64,000 bases of DNA from Octopus sinensis (taxonomy: Eukaryota). The translations under genes and the position numbers were made by a program. Where the stretch lies: positions 105,400,001 through 105,464,000 of the forward strand of contig NC_043002.1 of NCBI RefSeq assembly GCF_006345805.1. The letters are read 5' to 3'. This document shows positions 53,161 through 64,000 of the stretch, one piece after another (within the stretch, counting starts at the first letter, position 1; every line of letters starts with the position of its first letter). The notes beneath the pieces are model-generated. The model was given only the letters and a program-made list of their open reading frames with translations, had not been told where the DNA came from and did not search any database.

Positions 53161-55757
53161 TAATAATAATAATAATGCTCCGTGCTCAATAGCAACATGG
53201 ATGTGCAACACCGGGCTCTCCATTAAAAAACAAATCTAATCTAATAATATCGGTGGGGATAAAGGAACCTGTGGAAAACTTAAAGGAAGTGGTGTTTTAA
53301 CGTAAATAATCACAAAAACGAAATTCTACTGCCATACAAAGCACAGTTTCTCCTATGCACGATGTCTCAGTGAAATGTGTGCGAAATCAACACCGGAAAG
53401 TTTAGAAATTATTAAATGGAAATGGAACAAAACAATAAGTACGTAAATTGAGTAATTACGCATACACTCAAATGTCTATGCAGTAATCTATATATTTTAA
53501 TGCCCATAGGACTACACATATATCTCAATGTTTATTCAACTATGTAAAACTTACAGGACACACATACACGCATATGAAAACACGTGTCACAAACGAAGCA
53601 AAAACAAAAACAAAAAAAAAATTGTTATTTTTTACACTAACACAGAGTTTAAAAACCTGGAAAACTGATGACTGGATGTTAAAACTTGTCACAACGCTTG
53701 AAAATAAGAAAGCATTATACACAGTAACAAAACAGGCAAAGGACAAATTTGTTGTCATTTTGAATGTCTGCAAAGACATGGATTCGTCCCGGTTGTTTGG
53801 GGCTCGTTTTCGTAAAAGACAAGTTATTCGTTATTAAAGTGATACTTCCTTAACAAAAGAGAACCTATCTTACACAGGCGATTGCTTCCTCGCTTAAAAC
53901 TGATACGTGACCACCTCGCGTTGTTTCAGGATTTTAGGATCGTTTCGTAGGCGTGTTTTCTTTGACAGTTCTGACAGTTGTGTGGACTCTGCTTATTCCT
54001 CATCTTCATAAATAAATAGTTTTATATTGCTACGTGGAGGGGCTCCCATGTGACATATTTATTGCTATAGTTGCTATCATTGCAGTTGATTCTCATGTGC
54101 TGGTTAACGCTGGCAGAAGGAATTCTTTGATCTTAAATTCTAACAATTACAGCAATCAGAAGGGTTTTTTTTGGTGTTGGTCATTCTTTCATTTAAATCG
54201 TTTGTTAATAAATACTATCATCATCATCGTCGTCATCATCAACAGCAGCAGAAGCAGCAGGGGATTAGCAGAATCACACGGGCATCTTTCTGAGTTCAAA
54301 TTTCGACAATGTCAACTTTGCTTTCCATTCTTCCGAGTTCAGTAAAACAATGTAATCGATGGAACATCTTTTCCCAAATTTGTGGAATTATGTTCATACA
54401 TATGTACATTCATGTATATGTACATATGTATTTGTTTACTATTGACTACCAGACAAAAAAGGTGTTAGTTACCATAATAGTGATTAATAACATAGTATTT
54501 CAGTAAGGCTGCGAGCTGCCAGAATCGTCAGCACCCGGGCAAATGGCTTATAGGTATGAGCTTGTCTGTGTTCAAATTCTCCTCAGTTTTGGGGTCGATA
54601 AAATAAGTTCCAGTTGCCCTGGGGTCAACATAATCGATACAGCCCCTACCACCACCACCGAAATTGCTGGCCGTGCTCCAGAATTTAAATCTAATATTGT
54701 ATTTTAGTTGTAATGGGTTTGAAAACTATGAACAGCCACAGGCGAGACAACTCGGAATAGAAAGAGACTGAGTCGTCGCGAGCAAGGTGTATATATATTA
54801 ATATTATTTTGGTCGACTCAAAAAATATATATATGTATATATATATATATAATATTATATATATATACAGAGTAAGACAGGCAAACAGACCAACAGAAAG
54901 ACAGGCAGAGATAGATGAGAGAGAGACACAGAGAAAATAAATAAGTCCAAATTAATACCAAACTTTCTCCATCAATCCTATACAATGTGAAGCTGTTTCG
55001 TCTACACCACTCACATAATGCATAAAAAATTTACCATTACTATACGAGTACGTAGAACGTCGACATACATAAAATAATATACAAAGAAAAGAAGAATGTA
55101 CAATACACTTACGAACAGATCAATATAATAGAAACTCATATACACACGCACAGACAAAAGTAATGCGTGAAGATAAATATGCGCAAACATGTATACACCT
55201 GAGGCATATTGATCTCAGGTGTATACAAAACTGTTCGTACTTCTTAATTGTGGACGACATCTACCTCCAAGGAAAACAATGCTTAATATTAGAAATATAT
55301 TTGCCAAAACATGAACACAAGGAACATTTCTTTCTAAGAGAAAACAGTAATATAAAAGATAGGAGACTTAGAAATAGATTCTAAATAACACTGAGACACA
55401 TGTGCACGAAACTATATGTGGTCGGTGGAAGTGTATGCAGGCGTTTCGATATCTATCTAGCTATATATACATATAATGCATACATATGTATGTATATATA
55501 TATATATATAACATATATATATATATAATATATATATATATATAAAATATATTATATATATATATCTACATACTATATAATTATATATATAACATATACA
55601 TATATTATATAATTATATAATATATATACATATATATATATATATTCTATATATATATACATATACATATATATATGTATATATATATATACATATACAT
55701 AATATATATATATGATTATATATATATACATATCATATACATATATATATATATATA

Positions 55758-55807
<50 letters not shown>

Positions 55808-56459
55808 TTACTAAAGAATTGAAAACAATTCTAGGAGTATCTGACTTAGTAAAGGGCAATCTCAATAGAATAAATTAATTCAAGAGATGATATATATATA
55901 TATATGTGTGTGGTGTGTGTGTAGATATGTGTCTGTTCGTGTGTGTGTGAGTGTAAATATATATATGTATATATGTATATACATATACATACATACATAT
56001 ATAATATATATACATATATCCATATGTATATACATACACACACGCAGAGACAAACATACACACACATATACATAGACACATACACACATATATATGTATA
56101 TATGTATGTATATATGTGTGTATGTAAGTATTTAGCCTTAACACGATTCCTATTCCATTATTTTCTTCTGGTGGCGTATCAACTTCCAGCAGAAAGTTTA
56201 GTTGAAGTCTCGTCAGAGAATTTGTTACCATGAATGATAATATCGCTTTGTTAGAATTAATCATCGCCTCATCAGGAGTTATGAGAAAAAGATTAATGAG
56301 ATAATTTAATTCAAACTTTATATGAACGGCCAGAAGGCAGACATTTATATACAGAAACCAGCTGAAGTATCTGAATGATGTATCTAACCACTCTAATTGT
56401 AAGTCATGGGAATAGAAATTGAAATACAAAAACTGAATCCCTAAATCTATGTCACTCTT

Positions 56460-57000
56460 TGCTCGCGCCGAACAACGGTGCCGCTGCCAATCGCTTGCTC
56501 CCAAGTTTACTTAATACTACTCAATGCCTCTAGAGAGATTCCGTGCTACATCAGCTGTTTGTCCGCGCTTCGTCCAATGTGTCTTCACTTCGGAGCACTG
56601 GACAGAGATAGCATCGCATTCGTGCATCGACCGGCACACGCATTCGTGCTCGTTCTCGATACCGCTGACGACGGCCTTTCGATCGCACTGCGTCTCCTGT
56701 TCGCCGTTGCCCGGTCGGACGTCCCCCGTTTGTCAAAGAAAGTCTTGCCTCGACGCAACAAGGCAATCCCGCGGCCGCCTGTCTCTGTCTCCTCGTTGCC
56801 TCTCGGCTGCGCTGCGCACTCGCTTCTGCAAGCAAAAGCGAACCGACCTTCTTGTCGCTGGACTGTTTCTCCTCTTCCGTTCGTTGTTCGTCTTTCGTCT
56901 TCCTTTCCGCTGCGCATCCGCCGCGCGGCCAATGCCGATCATTTCGAACCACTTCCACCCGTCTTTCCGTTCGTCCGTCCGCCCGTCTCTCTCTGTCTCC
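56460..57000. promoter_or_regulatory. CpG/GC-rich island, candidate promoter or first exon
   Basis: The only sustained GC/CpG-rich non-repeat block in the window; CCAAT at 56487, 56574 and 56929; TGCGCA at 56814 and 56911; adjacent (CT)n tract 56985-57120. Confidence 0.55.
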
Positions 57001-57397
57001 CTGTCTGTCTTTCTCTGTCTCCCTGTCTGTCTCTCTCTCTCTCTCTCACTCCCTCTCTCTCTCAATCCCTCTCTCTCAATCCCTCTCTCTCTCTCAATCT
57101 CTCTCTCTCTCTCTCTCTCTGTGGATAGGTTGACTTGCTAGAGCAGTGGGCAAACTATCTTTGTATTCACTCCAGCTATTCATATTCTGGCATCAAACCC
57201 GCCCTATAACAACTTACATTTAAACGTTTCGGTTTTCATAAAACAAACTAGCAGAAGAGTAATGGGTTGATTTAATCAATTAAAACACTAAGTGGCGAAC
57301 GATTACTGCATTATTGCATCCGACAGAATTATATATCGGAATTAAAGCTTCGCACTGAGCGTAATAGCATCAATATCTCAGGAGATATGTGTATATG

Positions 57398-57434
<37 letters not shown>

Positions 57435-57615
57435 ACATATATATATACACACACACAATCACAAGCGCACATACACACATGTGCACACACACAGATACAC
57501 ATACACACAAGCACACGCATATGTATTTGTGGATATGGCAGTGGGGTATTCTTATCTGTGCATTATGAAGAAATATATAAGTAAATATATGTGTGCGTGT
57601 GCATGTGAATGTATA

Positions 57616-57657
<42 letters not shown>

Positions 57658-59872
57658 ATATATATATAGTATATAATATATATATATAAATCTTTATTCC
57701 ATAAATAGATATCTTTTATATTATATATATATAGAGAGAGGAGAGGGACAGACAGACAGATATATATTCTTATATACATTTATATTTCTTTATATAATAC
57801 ATACATATATATATATATCTTTATATGCATATATATATATATATATACTACACACACACACACATATATATACATACACACACACACACACACACACATA
57901 AATAAATAAATAGACACAGACAGGTACATATTCCTAATAGCCAAAAGTACGTATTTTAAATTTATTGCATTATGTCCGTGTTAGATTTATTGCTAAGTAA
58001 TATCTCATAAAGTTCTCAACGCACCACTCTGAGATTTTCAATGGTTTTAAATTCATCAAATGATATCTTTTCGTCTCTCTGTTATCTTTTGAAACATTGT
58101 CCACGAAGTATGAAGCACGTCAGTGTGGAGATATACAACATTTTTGTTTTTATGGTTACTGATTTTGATTTTAAATTTCATTTGCTTGTTTTGTTCTTGC
58201 CAACTAAACAACTCGTGTTTGTAAATTTTGTAGATTGTGCGAGTAAATATTTTTTTCTTGGGTGCAATTGTGGCTGTGGTCGTGGTGGTGTTGGTGGTGG
58301 AAGTCGTATTTCTAGTTCGCTGTTCAAAGCGAAGTCAGAATTCGTTTTCATTTTGGGTTCCACCTCTGTGAATTGTTACATTTTTTTACATTATTGATGT
58401 AGTGTCTTTCTTACGGTAGTTGTTGGAGTATGTATGTAACTACTCTAATTGAATTCACGGCAATATCATCGATTAATTTAACCACGCTGCGGGCCGTTTC
58501 TCCGTTCGTGTGCTTACACTGTCCTTCAAGATAGCATCTGTGACACGCTTTATACATGGTTTCACAGTATTTTCAAAGTTCTAACTGTGCGCAGTCGGTA
58601 AATATTTCCAGCACGTGTATTTCTTTAATAGATATGACTTACATAGCCGGGACTTGATGTGCCACCTCGCTTTTTTCTGTCATTATGATATTAAATTTCG
58701 TTTACACATTCCGGAAGTAACATCGCTAAGAATTACAGTTTAGAAACTCCCGTTGACATGTCACGTGTTTTTCTTATCAAGATGTTCTGGTGCATGGGAA
58801 TTGCCCCTTTTGTATCGATACCAATTGCGAATCGTTTCCTAGCTCCTCTTTACATTCCGCCTGGACATTGTTAATCGATTTCAAATAAGTTTAGGTGCAG
58901 GCGAAAATCTTGTACGTGATTTTAAGTTCACAGGATGGGCAGACTGTAATCCAGAAAGTTAGGTGAGTAAAAACCAGCTTTATTCAGGGGTTGAATTTTG
59001 AATTAGGTAAAATATGCAAGCGAAGATTAGAAATTACATTCTCAAGAGAAACAAATGTCGCCAACACACACGAGACCGACATGGTGGAAACAAGGTGAGA
59101 GTGATTAAGAGAGGGACGGACGGACATCTCATGAAGGCAATTTAAAATGAAAGCTTGGTGTAAAAACACAGAGGAGGAGAAAGAGGAAGAAGGAGAAAAA
59201 GAAGAAGAAGATGAAGAAAAAGAGGGAAGGGGAGGGGAGTAGTAAGTAGTAGTAGTAGTAGTAGTAGTAGTAGAAGAAGAAGAAGAAGAAGAAGAAGAAG
59301 TGGGGCGGGGAAGAAGAAGAAGAAGAAGAAGAAGAACAACAACAACAACAACAACAAGAGGAGGAGGAGGAGGAGGAGGGAGAAGAAGACGAAGAGGGAG
59401 GGAGAGGAATATAACGAACTAAGTTGAGAATTTCCTTTCGTTTGATTATTTCTGTTTACAAAAGTAAAGGCAGGAGGGTGAGTAAAGAATTGAGTAAAAG
59501 TTATTAAAAGTGAAATCTAAGAAAAGCACGTGGCGGGGGGGGGGGTCTGTAGAAGGAGTCGAAAGTGAAGGGAAATGTATCAAAATTCTTTTGGATAGGG
59601 AGTATCAAACTATAAGAGAGAGGGACGTGGAAATGTAAGAGGAAATATTACAGTGAGATAAATGTTGGTGTGATTTAGATGAGACAAAACAACACAAAGC
59701 TTAAGGAATATTTGGAATGAATACACACACACACACACGATCACATGCTCATACACACACATGCGCACATACACACAGGTTTCTGGGATACATACACGCT
59801 CACACGTAGAAATACATAGGCACAAATCCGGCAACAACGCACTCACACGCAGATGCGCACACGTTTGTGGAA

Positions 59873-59907
<35 letters not shown>

Positions 59908-60630
59908 ACACATTAAGGAAACAATCACTCATCCACACACATACGAACATGTGCATTTGCTCAGATGACCCCCCCCCCCTGAACATCACAAACCTGCACA
60001 CTACCTCCCACACTCGCGCACAAGCACACATGCATACACGTAATCTGTACTCGCAACCCACATATGGAACTACATCCATAAATCTTTACGTGATGACAAG
60101 CGAATCCCAATAAATATGAGGCCGAGCTGACCCTGACCACGAACAGAAGGGCGAATCCCTAACGAGGTCATAGATGGGCAATGCACACACACGCACACAC
60201 ACACTGACAAATATATAAGCACACACTCAGGCAAACACGCGACTGTACACAAACATTCATACACACACGAACACGCCCACGTGCACGCATACTCACGCAT
60301 TTACTCTCACCACGGGTCTTGTACGCAACCGCACAGCTACATACAAGCATGCCTCCACACAGGCACAAGACTACTTCTCAGACAGAATCAAGAGCAGGAA
60401 CATTTCATTGATGAGGTCGAGGAAACTATTGAATTTTTAACCAACGCAATAAACAAACGATCGATTGGTTAGTTGGATATTTAACCGACTGACTAAAGAA
60501 GTGATATTGAACCAGTGCGTGTTTTCTATAATTATTGGCCTAATGACCTCCCCACTACATATACATAAATATACATATATACACATGAACAGATATATAA
60601 ACATGTATATATAAATACACAAACATACAA

Positions 60631-60674
<44 letters not shown>

Positions 60675-60998
60675 GAGAGGTGTTGGTATGTAGAAGACCA
60701 AGTAAGTGGTTTGGACAGACTGTAGTGAAACTCCTGGTTCGATATATATTTCGATATATATTTATATATTTTATATTTTATTTCTATTTTCATTCTCTTA
60801 TGTTCCTCTATATTCCTTATCTTTACCTTTTCTTTAGTAATTCCTTATTTCGGACTCAAATAATTACCTCTATTTAACCATGTCACATCGTCTCTGATGT
60901 CGAGATATCCATAATATTCCAGAAACAGTTGTAACTGTCTTATAAATGTTCTGAAAACTTCTCACAGCCCTGGCTTTGTTATCTCATTTTGTCTAATA

Positions 60999-61057
<59 letters not shown>

Positions 61058-61267
61058 GGAACGTTTACGAAAATAACAAAAGACGAAGACAGGTGATGTA
61101 CAAAACAGACAGATGTATTAGTATAACGCTCAGAAATAGAAAAAGTCTTTTAGGTTTCGAGCCTAGCTCTTCTGCAGAAAGGGACACAGAAAAAACAAGG
61201 AGAGAAACAAGGAGAGAAAAAATGTGTGTAGTAGCTAACGCTCTAATATATATATATATACATACAG

Positions 61268-61378
<111 letters not shown>

Positions 61379-62639
61379 TGTGTGTGTTGTGTGTGTGTAT
61401 ACATATAAGCAAGTGTACATAATATATGCGCACATCTATACATAGGGTCACTACAGGGGAGCATATATACATAATTTATTGACACTGAATAAAAAGTACA
61501 ACGTTAAAAAAGAAATTGACTAATATTAAATAACACGACTGAGAAACAACATGCAAACATCTCCGAAAATAACTCAGAGAAAAACTAATAAAATACAACG
61601 GAAATATAAAGTAATATAAAAAAAATAATAAAAATATTTATTGAAAGCACAAGCGTAAACGAGAAGTGAATGGAGAGCATGACAGGGTCCCTGCAGGCTT
61701 GAATATCGTAACGTGTGACAAAGCTGAGAACAGTAGCTAAAATTAACATACATACTGCTCTGATATTTCATTTTGCTCTCTATCTATAAACTATACTGTG
61801 TTTTATCCGTTGTGTCGTACAGGAATGAACGAGGAAGCTTCTATGTTACGGCGTGCAAACATAACTAGCAAACATCTATGTGATATGTGATAAGGTAGAA
61901 TAGTTGGTTTATATAAGCGATACTTTTCTAGAGCCCCTCAGTCCGAAGGCGAGGAAAAGTGCTCTGTCGTGTAACTGAGAACTGTATCAATAAGGTTTGC
62001 GTGTTTTGGGAGGCTGGAGTAAATATCTTACTCTATTTATGTCGAAATATTAAGGTTAATTTATGATGCATACATAGTCCGTCTTCCGCTATCTGTCTCT
62101 TTCTCACTCTTTCTCTCTCTCCTCCCCTCTCTCTAGTTCTCATGCATACATACGTCATTTCCCGTCATTTCCAGCCACCATTTATTAAGATGATAACTGA
62201 AAGACCAAAAGTAACCCGTGAGTAAGACTGAACCAGAAATAGGTTGATAATAAATATCAGCTTCATTAAATATAATGCGTAATCAGTATTTCCAATATAA
62301 TCTAAAACGCACACACCCATGTACATATGCTTATAAGTGTGTGTCAATTAGGATTTGATAACGCTTAGTGCATTAATTTGATAGCTAAGAATTTATTATA
62401 TTCTTAGAGTGAAATAATTTGACAGCAACTCGAGTTTCATGTACAAAAGAAAATAGCTGGTCTGGTTTGCGTAACTTCGGAATACCATAAAATGACTTCC
62501 CAAATTGGATCAGAAATGTTTTCTGATTCATACAGGGCCAAATATCTTTTTGAGAAACTTAAAATCTATATCAATTTAAGTTAATAATTAACTGAAGACA
62601 ACCCATCAAGCCAAGTAAAATCGCAGTCATGACAGATAC

Positions 62640-62903
62640 TGGTGTCACACAAATTTGTGCCCCCAAGTTGATGGCGCATAAAAACACCTCGGTATCGCGC
62701 AAACGGCGCTTTGCCAGTGGCATGTAAAAGCACCCATTACACTCTCGGAGTTGTTGGCGTTAGGAAGGGCATCCAGGCGTAGCAAACCATGCCAAGTCAG
62801 ACTCGAGTCCGGTGCAACCTTCAAGCGTGCCATCCCGGTCAAACCGCCCTACCCATGCCAGCGTGGCTAACGCACATTAAATGATGATGATGATGATGAT
62901 GAT
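62640..62903 (+). mobile_element. SINE/RTE-like 3' end with (GAT)n tail
   Basis: TTGGCGTTAGGAAGGGCATCCAG..ACCCATGCCAGC..TTAAATGATGATGATG. Confidence 0.7.
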
Positions 62904-63639
62904 TAACGGTTATCGAAGTTAACTTTTCGATTAACTTCTTGTCTTTCATGTTTATTGTTGTTGTTTGAGTACAGCCATCGTTGTAGTGTAAGGTTATAAA
63001 TTAGCTTAATCGTTAGAACATGTCAGATAACTCTGCAGAATTCATTTGAGCTGCATGCACTCTGTGTTCAAATACGTCCAAGGTCAGCTTTACCTTTCAT
63101 TCTCTCAGGGTTTAATAAATAAAGTACCAGTCCTCTACTGGAATCGATTCTTCTCTCTATTTCTGTCTGTCTATCTCTTTCAGGAAGAAAATTACTATGG
63201 ATGGATTCTGTAAGACCTAAAATTGCCCAAAACATACCACATGATAGTGTCTCGCCATCTATAGCTTGGATTTCAGTTAATTTATAACTATACGCATAAA
63301 TATGTAATAATATATGCATGCATATTTCTATGAATATGTAAAAATAATATAAATATGTGTATACGAGGATGTGAATGCAGGTGTATATAAATGCACACAT
63401 ACACACACACAGAGGCATAAACACACGCATGCATATATATATAACCGTTCAGTCTCCCTCAGTAACCCTGACGTTACAGGTGGGTAAACCGCTGTTTACC
63501 GTAATGGGCATTTGACATTATCATTGCTTCATACATGCATACATACCAATGTACAAAGATATACACATATGTGCGTGTGTGTGTGTGTGAGTATGTGTGT
63601 GTGTGTCTGTGTATGTGTTAAGGTCATCTCTACAGATTT

Positions 63640-64000
63640 AACTCTAACCCTAACCCTAACTAAGCCTAACTCTCACCCTAAATCTAAAATAGATTGAAAT
63701 GCAATAGATCGATACTAGGGTTATAATTATGGGTGACAATTTCATACGACACCACTACGGAAAATGGGATTTCTTTCTAGCGGTGTCAAATGAAAATGTC
63801 ACCCATAATTATAACCCTAGTATCGATCTATTGCATTTCAATCTATTTTAGATTTAGGGTGAGAGTTAGGGTTAGGGTTAGGGTTAGGGGTTGGGGAAGG
63901 GTATATTTTTTTCTTCACAAATGTAAATAAACCCAATCTGTTTCTTAAAGGAGGGACATATTCATTATGGACAGAATGTTATTACCTAAATGGACGTAAG
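63640..64000. mobile_element. TTAGGG-containing dispersed repeat with a fold-back (74-bp perfect arms); runs off the window end
   Basis: 63665-63738 is the exact reverse complement of 63797-63870; (TTAGGG)4 at 63866-63889 and CCCTAA units at 63645-63660. Confidence 0.85.

Noticed and set aside
56478-57141. Overlapping 93-216 aa ORFs on both strands
   Set aside because: Expected in GC-rich sequence running into (CT)n; no recognisable domain.
58178-58378. Pro-rich minus-strand frame (..EIRLPPPTPPRPQPQLHPRKKYL..)
   Set aside because: The Pro run derives from a GGT/GTG mini-repeat; no splice sites or homology to support it.

Overview
Eukaryotic, AT-rich, repeat-dominated genomic DNA with one 100-N scaffold gap (4868-4967). 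The SINE and retroelement sequences resemble octopus (coleoid cephalopod) repeats as I recall them; no search was run, so this is an inference. No host protein-coding gene can be assembled, and almost every entry in the ORF track is a microsatellite translation. The window holds (i) abundant di-, tri- and tetranucleotide arrays; (ii) several tRNA-derived SINE families; (iii) decayed Tc1/mariner and pogo transposases plus MITEs; (iv) 3' fragments of R4/Dong-type REL retrotransposons, mostly embedded in (TAA)n; and (v) many Penelope-like element (PLE) pieces. The PLE pieces include an uninterrupted 116-codon GIY-YIG frame (16703-17053) missed by the ORF track, and a series of hammerhead ribozyme (HHR) folds. 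Two HHRs have complete catalytic cores (15328-15371 +, 16554-16640 -). The first sits in a self-complementary 354-bp unit bounded by direct repeats, like a retrozyme. Other highlights are a tRNA-headed element with an HHR-bearing tail, several long fold-back hairpins, a 51-bp target-site duplication and a CpG-rich promoter-like island at about 56.46-57.0 kb.
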